Of a DNA stretch of 64,000 nt, positions 41,107 through 50,732 are shown piece by piece (the first letter of the stretch is position 1; each line of letters starts with the position of its first letter). A program made the position numbers and the translations under genes. A model generated the notes under the pieces. That model did no database searches. It was not told the DNA's origin and saw only the letters and a list, made by a program, of their open reading frames with translations. Origin of the DNA: Opitutales bacterium (GTDB lineage: Bacteria; Verrucomicrobiota; Verrucomicrobiia; Opitutales; PNEW01); assembly GCA_965197745.1 (NCBI GenBank), contig CBDANS010000007.1, positions 1,052,306 to 1,116,305 on the forward strand. The letters are read 5' to 3'.

Positions 41107-41415
41107 ATGCCCGGTGTCGGAAAATTATTAAAGCAAGCGCAAAAAATGCAGAAGAAGATGGAAGCTTTGCAGGCGGAGCTTGCGCAGCGAGAAATTGAAG
41201 TTTCCAGTGGAGGTGGTGCCGTAAAATTGAAAGTAAATGGTCAGCAGGAAGTGATAGCATTGACGCTTGATGATGAATTTTTAAAAGAGGACAGGGAATT
41301 CATTGAAGAGACACTGCTTAACGCCATTCAGGAAGCGATAGCCAAAGCCAAAGAAATGAATGAAGAAGAGATGGGTAAAATTACTTCCGGTTTAAATCTC
41401 CCCGGCCTGGGGTAA
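41107..41415 (+). CDS. ybaB: Nucleoid-associated protein YbaB/EbfC
   Basis: LLKQAQKMQKKMEALQAEL...SGGGAVKLKVNG. Located directly upstream of recR. Confidence 0.9.
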   Translation: MPGVGKLLKQAQKMQKKMEALQAELAQREIEVSSGGGAVKLKVNGQQEVIALTLDDEFLKEDREFIEETLLNAIQEAIAKAKEMNEEEMGKITSGLNLPGLG

Positions 41416-41469
41416 GCTGACTGTTTTCTCTCAAATTGCTAACCGGTATCATTGATTCCGCCACCGTGA

Positions 41470-42066
41470 ATGACACCTGTTTTTGAAAAACTTCAGAAGA
41501 TACTTAAGCAATTACCCGGCCTGGGATACCGCTCGGCGGAACGTGTAGCATTACACCTCACCGTGGAAAAACCGGATTTGCTTCCACAGCTTGTAGATTG
41601 TCTGCAAGAGGCAGCACAAAAAATTAATCGATGCAGCATTTGTGGCAATCTCTGCGAAGATGAGAACTGTGAAATTTGTCTACATCCAAAACGTAACCAC
41701 GCGGAAATTTGCATCGTTGAGCAGGTGCCCGATCTCATTGCCATTGAGCGAAGCGCAGCCTATCGTGGATGCTATCACGTCCTGCATGGAAAACTCTCTC
41801 CTATTCATGATGTCGGACCGGACGATCTCAATTTCCAATCGCTTAAAGAGCGGTTGGACTCCGGAGAGGTAGAGGAAATAATCCTCGCTTTATCCAATGA
41901 TATCGAAGGTGAAGCGACCTGTCACTATATTCAGGAGACGATCATTGGTAATCAACCCCTTAAAGTAACCCGTATCGGATTCGGTTTGCCTAGCGGGGGG
42001 GGCATTGTCTATGCCGATGCTGTAACTTTGAAAAGCGCGCTTGAAGGGCGACGCAGCTATCACTAA
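41470..42066 (+). CDS. recR: Recombination protein RecR
   Basis: LPGLGYRSAERVALHL HhH motif, C4 zinc finger CSICGNLCEDENCEIC, and a Toprim domain. Confidence 0.95.
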   Translation: MTPVFEKLQKILKQLPGLGYRSAERVALHLTVEKPDLLPQLVDCLQEAAQKINRCSICGNLCEDENCEICLHPKRNHAEICIVEQVPDLIAIERSAAYRGCYHVLHGKLSPIHDVGPDDLNFQSLKERLDSGEVEEIILALSNDIEGEATCHYIQETIIGNQPLKVTRIGFGLPSGGGIVYADAVTLKSALEGRRSYH

Positions 42067-42113
42067 ATTATTTATTGTTCATTACCGAGCTGGTCTATTC
42101 AAGAGAAGTACAT

Positions 42114-42187
42114 GCGGACGTAGTATAGAGGTAATACGTGAGCTTCCCAAGCTTGAATCGAGGGTTCGATTCCCTCCGTCCGCACCA
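42114..42187 (+). tRNA. tRNA-Gly (anticodon CCC), CCA encoded
   Basis: Manual cloverleaf: acceptor GCGGACG/CGTCCGC, D stem GTAT/ATAC, anticodon loop TTCCCAA, T arm GAGGG-TTCGATT-CCCTC. Confidence 0.9.
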
Positions 42188-42451
42188 GGTATCAGTATTC
42201 GGAACCCCAACAATACTTTAATCGCTCTATTGCCTGGCGAAGGCTGCGCGCTGTAGTCCCGCAAACGCGGGACGAAGACGGGCATTTCGTGTACGTCAGC
42301 CGTTTACGCAATAAATTACGCCTTAATCTTGACGAAGGGCTATCTTCGTCGCATTGCCCGTGTTCAGGGGAGGGGGCCCTCAAACACCCCCCCTAAATCA
42401 TCCAATTGAAAAACCCATACACGGAATATACCCCTTCCTACCCCAAGGGGA

Positions 42452-42533
42452 TTCAACACTAGCGCAGTGCTGGTGAGTGCTGTGAAGCCGTGAAGGGGTT
42501 TTGATAGGTGGGGGTATTACCTGGATACCCCTC
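42452..42533 (+). repeat. Oriented repeat (OR) copy E, long variant
   Basis: ...GTGCTGGTGAGTGC...GGTTTTGATAGGTGGGGGTAT-TACCTGG-ATACCCC. Confidence 0.8.
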
Positions 42534-43656
42534 TCAATTATTTCCTCACTAATCCAACCCTAGAATCTGCTTTCGTTTTCGCTCAAGTACAATAAAACGC
42601 GGCTCTTTCCGGAGGAAGTCAAAATGTAGCAAATAGAGAGGATAATATTTCTCCTCCTCATAGGCTTGTTCAAGCGCTTCTAAGGTCTTTTCCTTCTGGC
42701 CTAAATTGGCGTAAAGGAAACGTGTCCAATTCAATTTTGCAAAAATAATTTCCAACTCTGGTGTAGCAGACACGGGCTTACCTGTACGCTTATGCTCTTC
42801 TACGAGCGAAACATAGTGCTGCATAGCTTCTTTATTTTCACCTGTAAGCTCAGCCCAGTGAACATACTCGCGTGTGGCATCCTCATACTTTTTTGCATGA
42901 AGATACGCAGCCCCTAAATGTAACCATGTAGTAGCGTTGTTTGAGTCCAGCTCAAGCGATCTCTGCAACTGATTAATAGCCACGTCGTATTGCCGCGATA
43001 CTAAGAGCGTTATTCCTAGCATAAATGAGTAATGGGCTGAAAAGGGATCAAGTTCATAAGCCTTTCTCCTTTCATTAAGAGATTCGTCTAAGCGATCCGT
43101 CAGATATAGCACACTCGCATAGAAGTGGTACGTCGGCGCATACTTTGGATTGAGTTCAATCGCACGCTGAAACTCCCTTTCAGCGCCTTTAAAGTCTTTC
43201 AGAAAATAGTCCTTATAACGCCCCATAGAAGCATGGGCTTCAGCAAGGTTCGGGTCGAGCGCTAGTGCCTTCTTCGCCACTTCTTCGGCTTGTGCTTTTA
43301 CATCGCTTTTTTTAACACTAGCTATTTTCATAGGAAGAAAATTATAAACATCCGCGAGCCCAGAGTATGCTAGGGCGTAGTTGGGATCCAAGGCAATGGC
43401 TTCTTTGAAGTGTTTCATCGCGGCCATTAAATCTTCATCAGTCTGCTGGAAATTTTCACCCCGTTTGTTCCAACGATAACGCCCTAATAGGTATGCGTTG
43501 TAGGCTTCGGTGTTCTCAGTATAGTGCTTTACCAGAGGCGCACCCGCTTCACCCATAAGCTCAACATGAAGAGATTTGGCAATCGCCTGAGAGATTTCAT
43601 CCTGGATGGCGAAGACATTTTTCAGCTCCCTGTTGTAGGTTTCTGACCAAAGATGA

Positions 43657-44974
43657 TGATCGGGTTACGTAAACTGGTCCACCGAGAGAGTTAGTCTGGA
43701 GAGGTTAATGTTGAAGTTAAGTTGGTAGAGGAAGTCAAGGCTTGGGCGCAATGAGGGCGTAGCCCGAATGGAGCCCAAGCCTTCGGTATTAATGTCTTCA
43801 GCGAAGCACCGTGGGGTGATATTGCCGAGGCTGCGGTGGGGTCGGACATTATTGTAAAGCCAGCGCCAGTCCTCGATCACCACGCGGGCTTCGGTCAAAG
43901 TCCATAGCTGTTCACGGTTTAAACACTCCTCGCGAAAACGGGCATGCAACGATTCGATGTATCCGTTCTGCCAAGGGCTTCCTGGTTCGATATAGAGGGT
44001 TTTGATTTTCATCGCAGTTAGCCAGGCTCTCAATTCCTTTTCAATGAATGGCTTCGCATGTCGTCGCTTCGCTCCTCGGAACGGAACCGTTGTCACTGCG
44101 AATATATTGTGGCGGCCCATGACGGGCAAGCAGTTTTTGCATGATACCGCGCACCGTTTCCGCATTGATATGGCGATCAACATGGATCACTCGACACTCG
44201 CGGGTGTACTCATCGAGCACGGTCAACATTTTTAAACTGCCACCGCGGACCGTCTTATCGTGGATAAAATCCCAGGTCCAAACATGGCCGGGATGTTCGG
44301 CCTTGGTCGGCAGCCCGGTGGAAACACCCCTGCCCCGACGTCTTGGCTTGCGTTGGGGGATCGCCAAGCCCAGTTCGCGTCGTAGACCTTGCACGAGACG
44401 TTTACCCACCTCCCAGCCTTCGTCTTTCAACAGCTTCGTGATCTTCGGATAGCCCCACCTGGCATATTGCCGTGATAACCGCCTTACTGCCGCCTTCAGT
44501 TTCATTAACCAAGCATCCGGATGCTTCGCCTTATACGCATAGGTGGAACGGTGCAGCCGAAAGTACCGGCACCCCGCTCGCATCGAACACTGGCCCCGAG
44601 CCACAAGTCTCTCTGCCACTTGCCGCTTGTGCCCAGGGCTTACAGTTTTTTTTCGAGGGTCTCCTGCAGGATCTCTATCCCCAGCATCTTGTCCGCCAGC
44701 ATCCGTTTTAACCGCGCGTTCTCCTTCAAAGAGTTCCTTCATCCGCTTGGCCTGGTCGACATCAATCATCCCAAACTCACGCTTCCAGCGGTGGAAAGTC
44801 TGTTCGCTAATGTTGTTCTCGCGGCATGCTTCCAGGATCGTTTTCCCTTTGTCCGCCTGCCGCAGCATCCGTATTTTCTCTTCAGTTGTGTATCTTTTGC
44901 CTTTCATTGTCTGAGTCCTTTCTAGGTTACCCAGACTAACTTTTCAAGTGTACCAGTTTTCGTGGTCACGACCA
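43657..44974 (-). mobile_element. IS3-family element, copy 4, complete ends (1318 bp) with a 4-bp target duplication ATGA
   Basis: TG...CA termini. TSD at 43653-43656 and 44975-44978. A8 slippery run at 44646-44653. Confidence 0.9.
44041..44907 (-). pseudogene. IS3 OrfA-OrfB fusion reading frame, terminated inside the DDE domain by a 33-bp insert
   Basis: An indel near KEL/FEG joins the orfA and orfB frames. ...YIRSDNG is followed by SVPRSEATTCEAIH*, which is encoded by the insert at 44047-44079. The rest of the DDE domain is in ORF 43665..44183. Confidence 0.8.
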
Positions 44975-45773
44975 ATGAAAACCATCAGCAACATTTATAA
45001 GCTGTGTCGTGATGCGGAGGTCGTTTCCTGATTTACGCACACTCCCTTCAAGCACCGTTGCAACTTTGAGTTGTTCACCGATTGATGGGATGTCTAAATT
45101 TTCTTCCTTGAATCTGAAGGATGAAGTTCGCGCAGCTACGTGCATACCTGCAATCTTGGTAAATGCATTAATGAGCTCCTCCGCCATCCCCTCACAGAAG
45201 TATTCCTGATCTTTATTCGGACTCATGTCGTGGAAGGGAAGGACAGCGATGGACTTTATTACAGACTCAGGCTCAGGTGCTTTTCTTAATATTAAATAAC
45301 CGATGACAGTTACCGCTAATAGCAATAAAGGGATCAGTCCCCCCAGGGCTACGTTCCGCCATGTGAAAATCTTATGTCGATGAACCTTTTCCTCTGTGCC
45401 CCCTTCTGTTGCAGCGTCATCAGGATCTGTCTCCTTGGGCTTCGCCCTTTCCTGGACAAACGCGGTAGCCACAACCATTGGGAAGCCGACAAGGAGCAAC
45501 ACTATTGCCATAGTTGGTGACCACTCGGGCAAACCGAGACTGGTCGTTAGATGCTGAACGACCTGCAAGACGATCCAGCTGCCAACAAGGTAGATTAATA
45601 TCACCTGCCAAAGTGAACGTCGATGAATCTCGTGTATAAGCTGGGTTAAGCTAGGCATGGCTATTGCAGCAAAAGATGGCGAATGCTTGAGAGGAACTGG
45701 GTCGTTAGTCTGAAGCCATTGCCTTAAACTGTAAAGGATGAAGCAAACGGCTATGTGAAGGGGCTATCTCACA

Positions 45774-45830
45774 GCTAACCATTCTCGAGCTTTGAAGAGC
45801 AATGAGCGCAAGAATGAATTTTTTGATCTT
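45774..45830 (+). repeat. OR copy H (degenerate, no hairpin), attached to the TPR-gene leader
   Basis: CTAACCATTCTCGAGCTTTGAAGAGCAATGAGCGC...TTTTGATC. Confidence 0.55.
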
Positions 45831-45928
45831 AATAAAACCTTGAAACCAACATCAAATGTTATATTTCTAGGAGGAAGCAGACGTTAGACTGCGGGGAGAC
45901 TGAAAGTCACACTTGTGGAAGACATAAA

Positions 45929-46931
45929 ATGACTGAAACTGATGGGTTAATTTGTGCCTATATATTAGACGGCAAGGGCGGTGGTCACCGTATAGAGTCT
46001 TTGCAGCGTCTCACACAGCCGCAGGAGGGCTTTCTCTGGGTTCATCTGCAAAGAACTGGCAAGGAAGCACGGGCGATGGCTATTGGAGAAAAGCGGTCTA
46101 GATTTAGTCATGTGCAACGCTCTGATCGGAACCACAGAAATGTCCACGGAACAATGGATCAAGGAAGGGCATCCCCATAGTATATTTTATAAGAGCGGTG
46201 TCTCGATAATCCTGCGAGGGGTTAACCTCAATCCAGGTGCTGACGTGAACGATATGGTCTCGATCCGTGCCTGGTTTGACTCGGATAAAGTCATTACAGT
46301 AAGGGAACGCCATATCAAAGCGATCGACGACATCCGGGATCGCATTGCCGAATCGAAGGGTCCGATAGGGCCTGCGGATTTCATGGGTTTACTCGCTGGA
46401 CGACTTGGCGATCGAATATCCGAAGCGCTCACAAGTCTACGGGAGGAGATAGACGACTTGGAAGAGGCCGTCATCATCGAACGAGCACCAGCGGTGGGCA
46501 AAAAACTCGGTTCATTGAGGCGGCGAGCCATCGCAAAGCGGCGGCACCTTCTCCCGCAACGCTATGCTTTGTTACAGCTTGCGCAGGAGAAGTTATCTTG
46601 GATTGAAGATCACCATCGAGCACAGCTCCAAGACATCGCAGACCGCACAGCCCGGCAGGTAGATGATCTTGACGCACTGAGGGAGAGAGCTGCCGTTATC
46701 CAAGACGAGATCATGAACCAACTCTCCGCACGGCTCAACCGCACCATGTATTTGCTGTCTGCCATCGCGGCGATCTTCCTCCCGTTGAGTTTACTTACGG
46801 GACTGTTCGGCATTAATCTCGGGGGTATCCCTGGACGCGACTGGACATGGGCGTTCCCAATCGCTTGTATCGTCTTAGCTCTCACAGCGATTATCGAAGT
46901 GTGGCTTTTCCGGCGTTGGAAGTTGTTCTGA
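45929..46931 (+). pseudogene. CorA/ZntB-family divalent-metal transporter with a frameshift near 46075-46085
   Basis: N-terminal part in 45929..46180 (GLICAYILDGKGGG). The remainder is in 46083..46931 and ends with two TM helices. A sequencing error cannot be excluded. Confidence 0.7.
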
Positions 46932-47000
46932 ACTTCCCTCAGGCTACAACACAGGGCATTATAGGAGACAGACGGAGGGGTTCAATAAACCTCTTACAGT

Positions 47001-47070
47001 TTAATGTTCTCGAGCGCTGAAGAGTGATGAGAGCGTTTTGATGGGCTGGGGTATACCTGGGATACCCCTT
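47001..47070 (+). repeat. OR copy A (reference full copy)
   Basis: TTCTCGAGCGCTGAAGAGTGATGAGAGCGTTTTGATGGGCTGGGGTAT-ACCTGGG-ATACCCCTT. Confidence 0.85.
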
Positions 47071-47142
47071 GGACGATTTAACAGTTCAGATTGCTACCAA
47101 ATTTTAAGAAATCTTAAACTTATATGAGAGGGTGTGCACTCT

Positions 47143-47436
47143 TCAAACTACTTTATTGATAATATTCCCTATCTCATCAGCCGAAAAGGCCCGCAGTGTT
47201 TGCGTCCGAACATTCCCCAACGATCCGACGCTTAGTCCAAGAGCAGTTATCGACTCATCGTCAGGTGCATCCATGGTTATAACTAAATCGTATTGGCCCA
47301 GAGTCCAGAATATATCTTTAACGGTAACACCAGCATCCTTCGCCATTGACTTGAAAGCTTCAGCTCGTTTTTCCGTTTCCTTAACATTGCGTATTCCCTG
47401 GTCGGTGAAATTTCCAAGCACTATATAATTTGCCAT
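47143..47436 (-). CDS. GYD-domain protein
   Basis: 97 aa. Contains GQYDLVITMDAPDDES and the typical GYD-family length and profile. Confidence 0.8.
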   Translation of the reverse strand: MANYIVLGNFTDQGIRNVKETEKRAEAFKSMAKDAGVTVKDIFWTLGQYDLVITMDAPDDESITALGLSVGSLGNVRTQTLRAFSADEIGNIINKVV

Positions 47437-47564
47437 TTTGAACCCCCTTTATTGATGTTATATTGATTACCAGTCACAGTTAAATATTACCCTTTAAATG
47501 TGAAAATCAAGTAATGGGGAAAGGAATATAATTGTCACCCCCCACAAATCCCCCAAGCCCTACC

Positions 47565-47607
47565 TTCATGTTCTCAAGCCACAGCTAGCGGTGAGAGCGT
47601 TTTGATG
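47565..47607 (+). repeat. OR copy D, truncated after TTTTGATG
   Basis: TTCTCAAGCCACAGCTAGCGGTGAGAGCGTTTTGATG is fused to a gene fragment. Confidence 0.7.
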
Positions 47608-47672
47608 CCACTTTCGCTAATGAGGATGGCATTGACATCAGTGTTACAGTGGAAGAGATGGTGATTGAGTAA
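47604..47672 (+). pseudogene. Last 22 codons of a third member of the shared C-terminal-domain family
   Basis: DATFANEDGIDISVTVEEMVIE*, compared with DATFANEDGDEITVAIDEITIE* (60004..) and DATFVNEDGTVIPVTVDNLTIE* (..4776). Confidence 0.75.
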
Positions 47673-47675
47673 TCC

Positions 47676-47737
47676 TAGCTTTAATTTCCACTGCTTTCAG
47701 GACGCAGAGTTTCCCCTTTACCTATGCGGGTTTCAGG
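47676..47737 (+). repeat. Inverted-repeat arm Y (degenerate tRNA-like part plus conserved 37-nt core)
   Basis: GACGCAGAGTTTCCCCTTTACCTATGCGGGTTTCAGG is the reverse complement of 59393-59428, with 2 mismatches. Confidence 0.8.
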
Positions 47738-47815
47738 GGCAGTTGCCAGAAAACAGAATATTTGGCAACTATTGTGAATTTTCAACTACTCGCGATAGGT
47801 TCTGAGATCAAAATG

Positions 47816-48205
47816 TTAATTTATATTTTTGCTTTGGGAAAGCATTATTTTGATTACTTTCTTAACATCATTCGATGATAGAATGGAATGAAGAGATCTA
47901 ATAAATTCTTCTTCATTTTCGACTTTATATTCTTCATTTGATATTTCGTTAAAAATTTTTAGAGGATAAAGAAAAAGTGGCTGTTCAATACGGAGCACGG
48001 TTACACTATAGTCGTCTAAATTTTGTGCTAAGATATCAAGTCTGATAGTGATTGTATTTGCAGATATGATGGGCCAAACTTGTCCTCTAAGAGTTCCATT
48101 TGTCTGTGTTCCTAAAATTTCTGCTTGCTTTTTGAGTATTGTAAATGGCGGTGTTATGTCATCACCAGTTGGCAGATCACCCCATAAATTTTCATCTTTA
48201 TTCAT
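47816..48205 (-). CDS. Hypothetical protein (129 aa)
   Basis: Clean AT-rich ORF with no recognisable motif. Confidence 0.55.
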   Translation of the reverse strand: MNKDENLWGDLPTGDDITPPFTILKKQAEILGTQTNGTLRGQVWPIISANTITIRLDILAQNLDDYSVTVLRIEQPLFLYPLKIFNEISNEEYKVENEEEFIRSLHSILSSNDVKKVIKIMLSQSKNIN

Positions 48206-48297
48206 GATAGCACCATCCTTTCTATCTCAATTTCAAAATCAAGGGGAAAATGGTCATCGCCAATGTCATAATGCGTATGATCGAGGTCAAACGTAAA

Positions 48298-48484
48298 GGG
48301 TCAGACTGCGAATTCTTTGATTTTATTCAAAGTTCTGTAGGCTTTACTTCTGTTCTTCTGCTCACGCCGAAAGATACTAACATAGAGTTCGTCGTTACTT
48401 TCAATCCTTGGCTTTCGAGCCATTCTCTCGCAATTCCAGTTCTCCCATAGTTTCTTATAAATCAAAGAATTCGCAGTCTGACCC
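48298..48484. repeat. Palindromic mini-element with 25-26 bp perfect terminal inverted repeats; its right tip is split by the IS4 insertion
   Basis: AGGGTCAGACTGCGAATTCTTTGAT (48298-48322) pairs with ATCAAAGAATTCGCAGTCTGACCC(T) (48460-48484, plus T at 50069). It encloses a 40-codon minus-strand ORF, MARKPRIESNDELYVSIF... Confidence 0.7.
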
Positions 48485-50057
48485 GAATGGCGTTAAGATA
48501 AGGGATAGAATGAGTGCAATAGATGCTTGTACAGGGACCGTTGGAGAGCTACCCTAACGAGCATGCAAAAACAAAACTTAACTCGTTATTTTCCAGGATT
48601 TAATCAGGTCCTGTTCGGTCGTGCTCCCCGAACAGCCCTTGCACAGATGGAGGGTAAGCTGGTAGAAATACGGCGGTCAAGTCTTTCCGAGCTATCGGAT
48701 ATCTTCGGGCAGTGGGTGCCGCAAAAGTATTTACACCGGAAGCCTCGAGGGGCTAACAGCCGGCGGAGATTGTTCAGCCAAAACGTGACCTTCTGGGCAT
48801 TTTTGTTCCAAGTGCTCTCACCACGGACTGCCTGCCGGGAAGTGGTGCGCAAGCTCCAGAGCTATTGCAGCATGAAGGGGCTGAAGTTGGCTAAAGGAAC
48901 GGCCTCGGCCTACTGTCAGGCGAGGCAACGGCTGTTGGTGCAAGACCTGCACGGGATCCATGAAGCGATCAGTGAAGAGGTGGCCGGGAGAGTGACCGAC
49001 GATCAACGGTGGAAAGGTCACGAGGTAAAAGTGGTCGACGGCACGGGTATCGCCACCGCCGATACGCCGTGCTTGCAGAGGTGTTACCCACAGCCTTCGC
49101 AGCAACGAAGCGGCTGCGGCTTTCCGGTGGTGAAGCTGGTGGGCTGTTTTTCTTTAGCCAGTGGGGCGCTTTTACACTGGATGGAGTCCTCACTAAGGCA
49201 TCATGACAGTGTGCTGTTGCGGGGCATGATCGGATTTTTTCAAAAGGGTGATGTGGTCCTTGCCGACCGGGGATTTTGCTCTTACCTCAATATTGCCCTG
49301 CTTAAAGGCCGCGGTGCTGAAGCGGTCATGCGTTTGCATCAGCAACGAAGAAGCGACTTTCGTCAGGGCAGGTCCTTGGGTAGGTATGACCGGCTGATCA
49401 TGTGGAAGAAGCCGCAAAATGTCTTCGGCTTCAGTCGCGAGCAGTGGCGGCAAATCCCTGATGAGATCCCCGTACGGCTGGTGAAGATTTTCATTTTCAT
49501 CAAAGGTTTCCGCGCCCATAGCGTAGACCTCGTGACTACCTTGAGCGATCCTCACCAATACTCCCACCACGATCTCGGAGAATTATACTATCGGCGCTGG
49601 GCAGTGGAGCTTTACTTTCGCCACATCAAAACCACCATGGGGATGGAGATCCTGCGCTCTCGCTCGGTCGCTCTCGTGCGCAAAGAGATTGCGATGTTTG
49701 CCATCGCCTACAATCTCTCATCCGCGCTCTTTTGCAGCAAGCTGCCAGTGCCTTCCACCGCGACCTCTCCCGGCTAAGCTTCAAGGGGGCTGTTGACACC
49801 CTCCGCCAATATCAAAGTGCGCTCGCGGCCACCCGGTTTAATCCCAGAGCCCAACGATCTGTCATTGACGAGATGATACACCTCATTGCCCTCGAATCGG
49901 TCCCCCTACGTCCCTTCCGATACGAACCAAGAGTCCTCAAACGTAGACCTATACCTTTCCAACGATTGACTCATCCACGAGCCATGATGACCGTCTCTGC
50001 TTCACGAAAAAACAAAGGCTTTTATCATCCTAAACCACCCTTATCTTAACGCCATTC
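48485..50057 (+). mobile_element. IS4-family insertion sequence (1573 bp) with an 11-bp target duplication
   Basis: Inverted termini GAATGGCGTTAAGATAAGGG. TSD CAGTCTGACCC at 48474-48484 and 50058-50068. Confidence 0.85.
48527..50049 (+). pseudogene. IS4-family DDE transposase with a frameshift near 49730
   Basis: YRRWAVELYFRHIKTTMGME (YREK region) lies in 48527..49777. The C-terminal LSFKGAVDTLRQY lies in 49732..50049. Confidence 0.75.
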
Positions 50058-50080
50058 CAGTCTGACCCTATTTCTTCTGC

Positions 50081-50162
50081 CCAGCCACAGCACAGTGCTG
50101 GTGAGTGCATATCAAGGCGTGAGGACGTTTTGATTGGGAAGGTATACGCCTAGATACCCCTT
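50081..50162 (+). repeat. OR copy F, long variant
   Basis: CCAGCCACAGCACAGTGCTGGTGAGTGC...GACGTTTTGATTGGGAAGGTAT-ACGCCTAG-ATACCCCTT. Confidence 0.75.
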
Positions 50163-50238
50163 GATCTAAAAAAATGCTCAATATATTTTAGTTCTAAGAG
50201 AAGCAAATTAAGATAGATACAGAAGGAGGTGAACGACC

Positions 50239-50637
50239 ATGAGGAAAGAAGAAAATGTAAACATAGTGCGGGAAATTTACGCGAACTTTGGTCGGGGGAA
50301 CATCCCTAGCATACTGAATGTCCTAGCGGATGATATTGTGTTTAAGCAGCCGACAGCAGGTCCATCACCGCTTGCTGGCACTTATCATGGACCTGAGCAA
50401 GTCGGAGAATGGTTTGGCAAGTTGGATGAAGTGGCAGAATCTCAGAACTTCGAGCCTCGAGAGTTCATCGCTCAGGGAAACAAGGTAATCGTCCTAGGTT
50501 ACTACAAGTTTCTGGCAAAACCCACAAATAAAACATGGGAAGCTGAGTGGGTGATGGTATGGACTTTCAAAGAGAGCAAGGTAGTAGGGTTCCAGTTCTT
50601 CGGTGATACTGCTGCTGAAACCGCAGCTTTCTCATGA
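50239..50637 (+). CDS. SnoaL-like/NTF2-fold protein
   Basis: 132 aa. N-terminal NVNIVREIYANFGRGNI and an overall pattern typical of ketosteroid-isomerase-like proteins. GGAGG RBS. Confidence 0.8.
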   Translation: MRKEENVNIVREIYANFGRGNIPSILNVLADDIVFKQPTAGPSPLAGTYHGPEQVGEWFGKLDEVAESQNFEPREFIAQGNKVIVLGYYKFLAKPTNKTWEAEWVMVWTFKESKVVGFQFFGDTAAETAAFS

Positions 50638-50654
50638 AGCTAGTTTCTCCCAGT

Positions 50655-50732
50655 CTTAACTTAGTATTCTCGAGTACTGAAGAGCGATGACGACGTTTTT
50701 ATGAGTGGGGGTATACCTAGGGGATCCCCCTT
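50655..50732 (+). repeat. OR copy B
   Basis: CTTAACTTAGTATTCTCGAGTACTGAAGAGCGATGACGACGTTTTTATGAGTGGGGGTATACCTAGGGGATCCCCCTT. Confidence 0.8.

Larger units (their letters stand above)
42549..45658 (-). pseudogene. TolB-N-like/TPR membrane protein paralogue, split by IS3 copy 4
   Basis: 44966..45658 is the N-terminal part and 42549..43556 the TPR part. Removing the IS and one TSD copy restores ...ADGFHLWSETY..., matching ADNFHLWSKTY in 52094..54112. Confidence 0.85.

Noticed and set aside
47011-47040. Hammerhead-ribozyme-like strings CTGAAGAG and TGATGAG inside the oriented repeat
   Set aside because: There is no GAAA element, no three-stem arrangement and no cleavage-site context. The strings are not conserved in copies C, D, E and F.
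47676-47700. Left tRNA-like sequence as a tRNA gene
   Set aside because: It has only a vague D-arm and anticodon-arm resemblance, with no acceptor pairing and no T arm. It is treated as part of the degraded inverted repeat.
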